DNA of 64,000 nucleotides from a virus (taxonomy: Duplodnaviria > Caudoviricetes), in IMG/VR virus record IMGVR_UViG_2974673286_000001, positions 89,269-153,268 of that record; one strand, written 5' to 3'. Below are positions 9,801 through 17,300 of the stretch, one piece after another. The position numbers were made by a program, and so were the translations under genes. Position 1 is the stretch's first letter. The number at the start of each line of letters is the position of its first letter. The notes beneath the pieces are model-generated. The model worked only from the letters and a program-made list of their open reading frames with translations, made no database searches and was not told the origin of the DNA.

Positions 9801-10173
9801 CCTGACAGTACATGACTCCATTGTAATTGACTGCCCACCTGAAGAAATCCACATCATGGCTGAGGCAGCTAAACACATCATGGAGAACTTGCCGATTGAC
9901 TGGTTGTTCATTGACTGGAAAGGTGAAAAACTCCGTTACCCTATTGCCGCAGATGTTGAGATTGGGGTTAACTACAATGACATGGTAGGCTACGATAAGG
10001 AAGAGCTTGATTCTTTTAGCAGTGTAGCGGGCTACTGTAAGTATCATTTAGACCTGAAGAACGTCAAGAACTATAAGAACTCCAAGGTGATTACAGAAGA
10101 GAAGTTTGAAGAGCTCACAGAGGTTATTAAGAGCAAGAAAAACGTGTATCAAAATTTAGGCGCTATAGCATAA
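6880..10173 (+). CDS. polA: DNA polymerase family A with N-terminal UDG-like domain and 3'-5' exonuclease
   Basis: WDLET and GHNIQYD exonuclease motifs, TTRLSSQSPNLQQ, LDYSSLESR, RSDAKSTTFGIAYG, TVHDS. Confidence 0.95.
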   Translation: MKVLFLQEYIRENHMKKTAENTLANVFFQTKGGKILKNLIENGLHLDRSQYYIDYAYGLVPKVIARDKFNRATKYKAPTQKEASPEYERLFQRIVKEKPDIIIPTGNLGCKALIGKASISSQRGVPQKVVVRAKQQQTTGPSREEEIVTQLKSLRKELEVTQQDMHHLFSGDPDLYYFLSGKGLLLENHSHSTLEEAVNYAYVVLNDRAGMLDQQIRELEALGIDEELYEDEGLLRQAQEEEQEHECWVLPMYSMEYMLVNPNIQNLIEADFVTLKKYIDQGESAFEAAPVDYEFVDKIERVREIFKEKVPKAPIVAWDLETNTLRPESFGAKPLVISLSWEEGTGCTIPLEHKEFQWLPGELAEIYGYIEEFVGNPDIIKVGHNIQYDIRFLRLVRGFNKFENHRDTKIMYYLLVNQEVESSLRLSDLSYELTDMGGYDKALEDYKKKYVTDYIANEKVRIAKMKEDYKTEVANRKAQAKELGIKGVELPPKPDFPKAEAPKNEVDGSDFNYEWIPLVSMLSPYAAGDVDACLRIHNKLDAIGLKPENARVRALYTTHYTQLTVALAKIEANGVKMDTKYTEGLIDRYTEEENRILEEMRKVPEVQMLEEEHRALYQKGLEEWAKPKAMRDLEVAKLRDKYKSKLVFNPNSPEDKKKVLFYYTGNTLPYNKEYIVKSAFEDGIPEDQIEWYHYGADKHALAYVKENYEASAHLADLLLTHSLVKTRKQNFTYKLLGMVDRLGRLHGGFNPTGTATTRLSSQSPNLQQMPRKTGDVTRFDYKHPIKRMFVTSFPGGALLQLDYSSLESRVLALVAKDEKMTQAFLDGEDVHKDTASMVFNVPIDKVTDDQRSDAKSTTFGIAYGETPFSYYAKHNMTLEQAEKLFDDFFRNKPRIKNFIDETHEQVKRDGYVECMQGFRRSLRDVYSQDKSKRNAALRQSVNTKIQGSGAFLTNTSVIHIIKFIEEHNLRSKVILTVHDSIVIDCPPEEIHIMAEAAKHIMENLPIDWLFIDWKGEKLRYPIAADVEIGVNYNDMVGYDKEELDSFSSVAGYCKYHLDLKNVKNYKNSKVITEEKFEELTEVIKSKKNVYQNLGAIA

Positions 10174-10290
10174 AAAAGTTTGTGGAATATAGTTGACACA
10201 CAGACATAGTTATAGTAAGATATAGATACAGAGGGAGGGCAGCCGGAACCTTCACTGCTTTCTCTTTGTTTCTAGCATAAGTGAGGTGAG

Positions 10291-10803
10291 ATGGTGTTAG
10301 ACGTTAAGATCGACAGTCTAGATTTTTATTTACTCAAACTAATAGACGAGAACGGAGAATTTCAGGAGTATGACCTCCGAGAGGAGCTGGCTGTAAATGA
10401 GGACAACTTTGAAGTTGAAATGATTGAGCAGCCTGCTAAGTACATCTACTGGTCCTCTATCTTAGAGAAGCTAAAAATGTTCCAAGAGAGCGTAGAACTA
10501 GAGCTAGAAGTAGTAGTAGCTAGATTAGACCAGCAAGCCCGAGATGCTCTAAAGGAAACTGCAACAAAGCCAACAAAGGACATGGTGGACTCTTATATAA
10601 AGAGACAACCGGAGTACGAGAAGGCTAAGAAGAAAGAGATTTACTATAACTATGTTGTAGGTCGTATTCAGCGGATCGTAAAGTCTTTCGAACAACGTAA
10701 AGACATGTTACAGTCTTATGGAAAACAGGTGCTAGAGAGTAAACAGTATGGTCAAGGGGCAGGTTCAAAGCTAGTTAACCCGCAAGTCCCGGGGCAGTAT
10801 TAA
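10291..10803 (+). CDS. UvsY-like recombination mediator (helical protein)
   Basis: Helical ORF with QPAKYIYW...FEQRKDML; lies between pol and SSB/recA. Confidence 0.6.
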   Translation: MVLDVKIDSLDFYLLKLIDENGEFQEYDLREELAVNEDNFEVEMIEQPAKYIYWSSILEKLKMFQESVELELEVVVARLDQQARDALKETATKPTKDMVDSYIKRQPEYEKAKKKEIYYNYVVGRIQRIVKSFEQRKDMLQSYGKQVLESKQYGQGAGSKLVNPQVPGQY

Positions 10804-10914
10804 TAAAAATATTGAGCTATAACTCACTTAAAATAGTTGACATATGATATAATGTATGTTAGACTGTTTTTATAGAAACAAAAAAAAATACCTACACAGG
10901 AGGAGAAAATTTAT

Positions 10915-12252
10915 ATGTCATTCCAAGACTTATTGAATGAAGAATCCAAAATTTTAGACGAGCAGCAGAAAGGCGAAGGTGTAAAATATCCAAAAACAAA
11001 GCATGATCGTTTGTTCTTTGGTAAAAACTCTCCGCAGCACTTCGTTCAAGTGCTTCCGGCAGCTGACTTACATAGCAAATTTGCCGTACCAACAAGAAAA
11101 ATCTTTTTGTCTACTAGAAGTTCTCAAGGTAAAGAAATTAATGCCAACTTCACACTAGATGCTTCACCTAACCCGGGCTCTTTACTGGAGCAGAAAATTA
11201 CTGAGTGGGCAGATAGACAAATGATCCCTTCCGGTTATGGCGGACAGCAAGCACCTCGTGTCGTATACTTACTCAACGTTGTTAAGGTAGGTCAAGATAA
11301 CGCAGGTAACTGGTTCCAAGAACGAGATGAACAAGGTAACCTTGTGGTACGTGTTCTTGAATTACCTCAGTCAGGATACCGTAACCTAGTTAATAAATTG
11401 AAGGACCCTTTACTTAATCAGTCTAAAACTGATCTTTCTTTCCTTGACATTAACAGAGCATCACCTATTCGTATCTCTAAACCAGCTAAGAATCAAAAAG
11501 AGTATCCAGTAGAGGTTTACTCCTCTATTAGCCTTCCGCCTCTCGGTCAAGGATGGGAGAGCCAACTTGAGGACTTATACGCTCAGGCTACACCAACAGA
11601 AATGCTTGAAAATGGAGCTAGCTGGGTACAAGCTTTCATTGACATGAAAGAAGGTAGAAAACCAAACGGAGGCGGAAGTGCTGCGCCACAGCAACCACAG
11701 GTTAACCCATTTGCACAGCAACCGCAAGCCAACCAGTTTGCGCCGCAACAACCGCAGACTAATCAGTTTACACAGCAACCGCAAGCCAACCAGTTTGCGC
11801 CGCAACAACCGCAGACTAATCAGTTTGCACAGCAACCGCAGGTTAACCCATTTGGACAACCGCCACAGGCGGAGCCGTTTGCACAACAACAGCAGCAACC
11901 AGCTCCACAGATGCCAAATACGCCTGTAATGAATACACCGCAGCTCCCACCAACAGGAGGGTATGCAGCACAACCGAATATTGAAATGCCTACAGGTATG
12001 AATCAAGCTCCATTACAGACTCCACCTGTAGCTCAACCGGAACAGCCTGCTGCTCCACAGGACGGTTTAATTACTGATGCACTTCCTGAAGACTTTGGTA
12101 TCTCGGCTCCACAAACACAGGCAGCACCAATGCCACCACAGCAGCCGAACGTACCAGCTCCAGAAAATCAAGATAGACCAGCGGCAGACACATTCAATAC
12201 TCAAGGTCTGCCAGATATTGATGCGATGCTGGATAACGAGCTTGGTAGCTAA
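10915..12252 (+). CDS. Putative single-stranded DNA-binding protein with Q/P-rich linker and acidic tail
   Basis: gp32-like N-terminal region, low-complexity linker, C-terminal DIDAMLDNELGS; recA context. Confidence 0.65.
   Translation: MSFQDLLNEESKILDEQQKGEGVKYPKTKHDRLFFGKNSPQHFVQVLPAADLHSKFAVPTRKIFLSTRSSQGKEINANFTLDASPNPGSLLEQKITEWADRQMIPSGYGGQQAPRVVYLLNVVKVGQDNAGNWFQERDEQGNLVVRVLELPQSGYRNLVNKLKDPLLNQSKTDLSFLDINRASPIRISKPAKNQKEYPVEVYSSISLPPLGQGWESQLEDLYAQATPTEMLENGASWVQAFIDMKEGRKPNGGGSAAPQQPQVNPFAQQPQANQFAPQQPQTNQFTQQPQANQFAPQQPQTNQFAQQPQVNPFGQPPQAEPFAQQQQQPAPQMPNTPVMNTPQLPPTGGYAAQPNIEMPTGMNQAPLQTPPVAQPEQPAAPQDGLITDALPEDFGISAPQTQAAPMPPQQPNVPAPENQDRPAADTFNTQGLPDIDAMLDNELGS
11687..11860 (+). 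repeat. Intragenic tandem repeat (57-bp unit twice plus partial copies)
   Basis: CACAGCAACCGCAAGCCAACCAGTTTGCGCCGCAACAACCGCAGACTAATCAGTTT at 11714 and 11771. Confidence 0.9.
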
Positions 12253-12260
12253 AATGAATA

Positions 12261-12286
12261 GAGCCTAGTTTAACGACTAGGCTTTC
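12261..12286 (+). terminator. Hairpin/weak terminator after SSB
   Basis: AGCCTAGT...ACTAGGCT followed by TT. Confidence 0.55.
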
Positions 12287-12313
12287 TATATCAAATACAT
12301 ACAGGAGGAAGTT

Positions 12314-12682
12314 ATGGAAGAGTTAAAACATGAGTTACTGTCTAATGAGCATACGCAAGTGTTTCATGAAGAGGAAGATGAAATGGAGTTCAATGCCCCT
12401 CACCATTTTGTGGTGGTTCCTGCCAAGGGGGAGGGTTTTGTACCTACACTTGCAGAGATAGATTTTCAATCAGGTCCAATCAAAGAAAACGGTGTTAATG
12501 GAGTTATGAATGAGGACCTCCTCGCAATTGTTATTACTCGTCTACAGCATTTTCAGAATAGTGAATTTAGTTGCCGGGAGAATGAAATGGCACTTACAAA
12601 ATTAGAAGAAGCTCTTATGTGGCTCAATAAGCGTAGAGACGAACGAAAACAACGTGGCGTATTAGGTACAAACGAGAAGTAA
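12314..12682 (+). CDS. tad1: Thoeris anti-defence protein Tad1 (immune-signal sponge)
   Basis: IDFQSGPIKENGVNGVMNEDLLAIVITRLQHFQ...FSCRENEMALTKLEEALMWLNKRRDERKQRGVLGT is the Tad1 family signature; AGGAGG RBS. Confidence 0.9.
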   Translation: MEELKHELLSNEHTQVFHEEEDEMEFNAPHHFVVVPAKGEGFVPTLAEIDFQSGPIKENGVNGVMNEDLLAIVITRLQHFQNSEFSCRENEMALTKLEEALMWLNKRRDERKQRGVLGTNEK

Positions 12683-12704
12683 TTCAACACTGGAGGGAAC
12701 AAGA

Positions 12705-13907
12705 TTGGCTAAGAAAAAACAACATAATAAAAAATCAGTAGAGCTAAACTTACAGGAGCTAGGAGAAGATGTAGGCTTAACTTTGCTTAGAGATTCCGAT
12801 TATGCTATGGTATTTGACCGTTTACCTCTATTCCTACCGAAGATTGATAAGCAGTTCGGAGGAGGTCTCCCATTTGGACGTATGGTGGAGGTAGCAGGAA
12901 AGAACGCAGGAGGTAAATCGACTCTTGCTTTCCACGCAGCTAGGGTAGCTACAAAGCTTGGTTGTATTGTAGTACTAATTGACGTAGAAGGCACAGCAGA
13001 TCGAGTTCGCCTAGCTCATTTGGGAGTAGATATTAACAGTGTTTTTGTTAAGCAGCCTGACGAGTCTAAGGGAATCCGCCTTACTGTAGAGGAAATTGGT
13101 CGTACAATCGAGAGCACCCTAGAAGTGTTCAAGAGTAAGTACCCTGAGGTGCCTGTCATTTACATCTGGGACTCCCTAGGGCAAACTCCTTCAGAAACAG
13201 AACTGGAAAAAGATTATGGAGAGCACAATGTAGGTGCCCGAGCTAAAGCGATCACTCAGCTCATCACTAAAATCGCCCCTCAACTCTCTGAAACTAAGTC
13301 TATGCTGCTAGCAATTAACCAAATTCGAGATGACATCGGGGGTAACCCTAAGTTTGCTACAGTAAAAGTTCCGGGAGGGAAGTCTTGGGAACACTTTGCT
13401 TCACTTCGTATTGAAATTAAGAAGAAGAATGCAATTACAAAAGGAGATACCAAGATCGGACACATCATGGGCGTAAAAGTCAACAAGTCAAAAGTGTCTC
13501 GACCACATACTGAAGAGAATGCATACCTCATTTCTGATAACGGCATCGACTATGAATATAACATTGCAAAAATGGCTGAAGACGCCAAGGTTCTTGGAGG
13601 AACTACGCAGAGTTACGAATACATAGACTCAAATGGAGAACGACATAAAAAGAAGAAAGATGACTTTATTGAGTGGATGCGTACTCCAGAAGGGCAGCAT
13701 GTTCGTGAGGAACTGTTGAACAAGCTTGTAAGTATTGAGTTCCCTGAAGGTTATGTCGCACTCAAGAATAAGACATTGGACATCTCTGGTTGGATTGACA
13801 CTGTTCATGAAGTCGGGCTAACTCCTATGTCTGAACTGCCTGAGAGCACTGGTTCGGATACAGATGATATTTTAGCAGAAGTACATAATGAGATTAACGG
13901 GGAGTGA
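12705..13907 (+). CDS. recA: RecA/UvsX-like recombinase
   Basis: GGGLPFGRMVEVAGKNAGGKST Walker A, IDVE, IWDS, INQIR, PGG. Confidence 0.93.
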   Translation: MAKKKQHNKKSVELNLQELGEDVGLTLLRDSDYAMVFDRLPLFLPKIDKQFGGGLPFGRMVEVAGKNAGGKSTLAFHAARVATKLGCIVVLIDVEGTADRVRLAHLGVDINSVFVKQPDESKGIRLTVEEIGRTIESTLEVFKSKYPEVPVIYIWDSLGQTPSETELEKDYGEHNVGARAKAITQLITKIAPQLSETKSMLLAINQIRDDIGGNPKFATVKVPGGKSWEHFASLRIEIKKKNAITKGDTKIGHIMGVKVNKSKVSRPHTEENAYLISDNGIDYEYNIAKMAEDAKVLGGTTQSYEYIDSNGERHKKKKDDFIEWMRTPEGQHVREELLNKLVSIEFPEGYVALKNKTLDISGWIDTVHEVGLTPMSELPESTGSDTDDILAEVHNEINGE

Positions 13908-13954
13908 GGCTAACGCCTCCCCCTTCACTAAAATTTGAAAGGGTGGGTTCAGGA

Positions 13955-14320
13955 ATGCAGCAAAAGAATAACAACCATGGTGATATTGTAGCAAACACCC
14001 TACAGTACTACCGGGAAAGAACAAGCAGCAGCGGCACCCGAACCCCTAACCCCTATCTGGACATCAAGAAGGAGCTAGAGAAAACCATGAAAGAGGGTAA
14101 GCGTGTCTTAATTGATATTAGAGACTCTTACAGCGTTCAAACGGTGGTCTTGCGCTTCGACCGTGTTTATGACAGATGGGCAAAGGGGAGTTCGGTTTGC
14201 TATTTGGAAGGTAAAGAAGTTGAGGTGCCCTATACAATCCATTACTCTGACATCATTTGCAGTCGAATGAAAGTCAAGGTAATCACGGAGGGGGATAACC
14301 CATTTGAGCAGAGACATTGA
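13955..14320 (+). CDS. Conserved hypothetical protein between recA and sigma
   Basis: ORF with RBS; core-gene position. Confidence 0.7.
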   Translation: MQQKNNNHGDIVANTLQYYRERTSSSGTRTPNPYLDIKKELEKTMKEGKRVLIDIRDSYSVQTVVLRFDRVYDRWAKGSSVCYLEGKEVEVPYTIHYSDIICSRMKVKVITEGDNPFEQRH

Positions 14321-14939
14321 GAAAGAGCAAGATCAGATACTGAACGGAAATCGTTTTATGGTAAACACTAGTGAGACACGGGGAGTATTCCTTCGGGATG
14401 TGGATAAGCTCATGCACCAGTACCGGAACTTGCGGTTAAGTGTCTTTAACCAGTATAAAGACTCCCTACCAGACCCTGTATCCCAAGACGAGCTTAGAAG
14501 TTACATAGATGAACAGTTTGTCCGCCTTGTCAAAGAGTATGACATCAATGGTCCCGTAGATTTCCCGGGGTATATTAAGACAAAGCTCACCTATCGAGTG
14601 AAGCATTCTTATATCAAGGGAGAGTACAGAGATCGTCATAGGGTGTTTGTTACCCGTAATGATTTCGATGTTTCTAACCTGATTGAGAAAACTCCTCTTA
14701 TTGATGAAGAGCTAGATTACTATGAAGTACTGGAATACGCTTTACATGATGTCAAACTCACAGAGCTTGAGAAGGAAATTCTGTTTTATATCCTGCAAGA
14801 GATGACTGATGCCCAGATAGAAAGAAAAGTAAAAGAGAACCACAGGCAGGATAAAGTTAGTGCAGCCTGTATTAGAGACACACTAAAGAACATGCAGATG
14901 TTCTTGAAGACCAAGTTACAAGAGGCTCTAGAGGGGTAA
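14304..14939 (+). CDS. Phage RNA polymerase sigma factor (late-type)
   Basis: QDELRSYIDEQFVRLVKEYDINGPVDFPGYIK region-2-like segment; region-4-like C-terminus. Confidence 0.75.
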   Translation: MSRDIEKEQDQILNGNRFMVNTSETRGVFLRDVDKLMHQYRNLRLSVFNQYKDSLPDPVSQDELRSYIDEQFVRLVKEYDINGPVDFPGYIKTKLTYRVKHSYIKGEYRDRHRVFVTRNDFDVSNLIEKTPLIDEELDYYEVLEYALHDVKLTELEKEILFYILQEMTDAQIERKVKENHRQDKVSAACIRDTLKNMQMFLKTKLQEALEG

Positions 14940-14950
14940 GTGCTATATTA
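14938..14950 (+). promoter_or_regulatory. Putative late promoter
   Basis: AAGTGCTATATTA resembles the herellevirus late motif TGTTATATTA; precedes holin. Confidence 0.5.
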
Positions 14951-14974
14951 TATAAGCAAATAACAATAGAAAGG

Positions 14975-15295
14975 ATGGTAACAATGGCTAACAGTAACAA
15001 CCCATTAAAGGTAAAAGTCCAATCTGTAGAGGTGCCTACTGAAGCTCCGAAAGTGGAAGCTAAGTTGGTTGTCACTACTATCATTTACCTGATTGCTATT
15101 GTGAATGCTGCTGCTGTTTTCTTAGGATTTGACTTTAATATTCCAACGGATTATGACTTTATCTATGACGGTGTTTCTCTAGTATTCGGTCTAGGTAGTT
15201 TTGTCCATGCTTACTGGAAAAACAACGACATTTCCAAAGAAGCACGTATTAAAGCTCTAGCTGCAAAGCAGATTGAAGTAGACAAAAAGAAGTAA
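14975..15295 (+). CDS. Holin, SPP1-like family
   Basis: Two TM segments and AYWKNNDIS motif. Confidence 0.8.
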   Translation: MVTMANSNNPLKVKVQSVEVPTEAPKVEAKLVVTTIIYLIAIVNAAAVFLGFDFNIPTDYDFIYDGVSLVFGLGSFVHAYWKNNDISKEARIKALAAKQIEVDKKK

Positions 15296-15319
15296 TAAAA
15301 CGAAAGGAGATTTAAACTC

Positions 15320-15847
15320 ATGAAAATTTCAGAAGCTATGAAGCAAGCTACTGTAACCCTCAACGATGGGGATTACTTGGCTGCAAATACAGACTCTGTT
15401 GGATATCTCCCAACATATAAAGACACAAGCGACCTTCACAGAGGTAAATATCTCTTTAAAGTCGTATCTAAAGGGGAGAACGCATTTGATGTTATTCCGG
15501 TGCTCTTAGCAGCAGACGGAAAGTCTTTTGTTGAAGACCCAGAACATCCGGTTGTCTCTCAGTCCGGGAGCACATTAAGCTATGTGACAACTCGTAACGA
15601 TCCTGAGTACAAGGACGGTTACCGCCCACCTAATACTCATGTAGTTAAAGACATTGCAGCAGGTGAAGAAGCTCGCAGCATCTTAGCCGCTTTCATTGCA
15701 TTCGTCAATAGCGAGTATTCTATGGGTGTTAACGACTTCAATATTGAAGGTCCTGATTACTTAAACACTGGTGCAGCTCCAGAGCCTCCACCAGCAGAGG
15801 AATCTGCCCCAACAGAACCTACAGAACCGACAGAACCAACAACTTAA
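15320..15847 (+). CDS. Putative virion-associated protein with PTE-repeat tail
   Basis: Follows holin in the putative late unit; C-terminal (PTE)n. Confidence 0.45.
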   Translation: MKISEAMKQATVTLNDGDYLAANTDSVGYLPTYKDTSDLHRGKYLFKVVSKGENAFDVIPVLLAADGKSFVEDPEHPVVSQSGSTLSYVTTRNDPEYKDGYRPPNTHVVKDIAAGEEARSILAAFIAFVNSEYSMGVNDFNIEGPDYLNTGAAPEPPPAEESAPTEPTEPTEPTT

Positions 15848-15869
15848 TAGGACGAATATCCTATACTAT

Positions 15870-15897
15870 AGAAGGGGCTATACACCCCTTCTTTTTT
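15870..15897 (+). terminator. Intrinsic terminator
   Basis: AGAAGGGG...CCCCTTCT plus T run. Confidence 0.85.
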
Positions 15898-16003
15898 GTT
15901 TGTAAAAAATCTGAAATATTTTTAATATTTTTATTGACTATTGATAGATTGCTTGATAGAATAGGGATACAGGTTATGAAGCCTGTAATAAAGGAGGGAG
16001 TTA

Positions 16004-16948
16004 ATGGATAATAAACCAGTCCTTCGGGTTTTTGTCCCCATGACTTTTGAGGGAGTAACCAGCGTAGCAATTCTCGAAGAGATCACAAGCCCAGATATAC
16101 ATATGGATATACGCTATACAGGGCATTTGGACTTTCGAGAGTATGAGAACTTTTCTGGTGCAGACATGATCATGATTCTTGGAGCCCCTTACAAAGGGTA
16201 TCCACTTCCAGAAGCTTTCTACACTTCGGTAAATGTTCCATTTATGGACTTTATCCACTGCGCTACTCACGGGGAAACCATCGAAGGGGATCACATTATT
16301 TCAATGGTCAACACGGAAGCGGACCCTATCAAGGAAGTCTGCCAGTTCCTTAACTTGCACCCAGAGTCGAGTGTGCTTTCTAAACACCTTACCTTCACAG
16401 ATAAGGCGTGGCAGATGATTGAAGCAGTAAATGCGTACAGAATATGGGATTGGGAGACAAACAACACAACTAAGCTGCTGCTGGCTATGTATCAAGCAAG
16501 CCATAAATGGCTTCCTAACCTGTTAAGAGGCTTAAGTCTCCAAGAAGCTGTAAAGGCATACGCCCCAGTTATCAAGGGTCAGATGGAAAAGATGAAAGAC
16601 TACATCGTCAGAAAACGAGAAATGACAAAAGTATATCATATAACCTTTGAAGGTGTGCCATGTACCTTGAAGGTGGTCTATGCAGACGAATACATAAACG
16701 AATTGGCAAATGAACTGCTGAACCTAGAACCGACCTCTTCTCCAGTTATTGTTTGTGTAGGTAGGACGACTAAGTCTGGAGATGTGCTCTCCATAAGAAC
16801 AAAAGTAGTTAATGCAGGTAAAGTGGCTTATATGATCAACGAAGGTAATGGGAAAGAGACAGTGGCAAGTGTGTTCACTGGAGCGGGTTACGCTGAAATA
16901 TTGGGTAATGCAATAGTAAGGAAACTGATGAGCCATAGCGGAGAGTAA
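16004..16948 (+). CDS. Degenerate DHH/DHHA1 (NrnB-like) protein
   Basis: AVNAYRIWDW, YIVRKREM, VVYADEYINELAN and LSIRT resemble NrnB; catalytic motifs absent. Confidence 0.55.
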   Translation: MDNKPVLRVFVPMTFEGVTSVAILEEITSPDIHMDIRYTGHLDFREYENFSGADMIMILGAPYKGYPLPEAFYTSVNVPFMDFIHCATHGETIEGDHIISMVNTEADPIKEVCQFLNLHPESSVLSKHLTFTDKAWQMIEAVNAYRIWDWETNNTTKLLLAMYQASHKWLPNLLRGLSLQEAVKAYAPVIKGQMEKMKDYIVRKREMTKVYHITFEGVPCTLKVVYADEYINELANELLNLEPTSSPVIVCVGRTTKSGDVLSIRTKVVNAGKVAYMINEGNGKETVASVFTGAGYAEILGNAIVRKLMSHSGE

Positions 16949-16991
16949 GCAGAGCTACTATGTTATAATTTAAAACAGGGAGGAATTTTAC

Positions 16992-17279
16992 ATGGTGGAA
17001 GAACTTGATAAATACGTAGGAACTACAGGAAGCACATTGGATGAATCTTTCAAGAAAATCACAGATATTCTGAATGAGGTTGGGACTGTAATTCATGAAA
17101 ACGAAAATCCCGGGTACTTGTCAGAATTAGTCTATACCCATTATGTGGTAGAGAATAAGGATAATGGTAAAAAGAAAATGTATGGACTGTGGTACCAGAC
17201 ACGTACACCTTTCTCACCTAAACATATGGAGTGCTCATTCGGATTCACTGTAGAAGACCGATTGCCGCTATACAGTTAA
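16992..17279 (+). CDS. Hypothetical protein
   Basis: GGGAGG RBS. Confidence 0.65.
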   Translation: MVEELDKYVGTTGSTLDESFKKITDILNEVGTVIHENENPGYLSELVYTHYVVENKDNGKKKMYGLWYQTRTPFSPKHMECSFGFTVEDRLPLYS

Positions 17280-17300
17280 CCATTAAAGGAGGAACTTTGT

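Noticed and set aside
11575-12006. Arg/Leu- and His/Asn-repeat ORFs (11575 minus, 11678 plus)
   Set aside because: Alternative-frame read-outs of the SSB Gln/Pro repeat
1-13907. Group I introns or homing endonucleases in nrdE, nrdF, pol or recA
   Set aside because: Common in relatives, but all four frames are uninterrupted within the window
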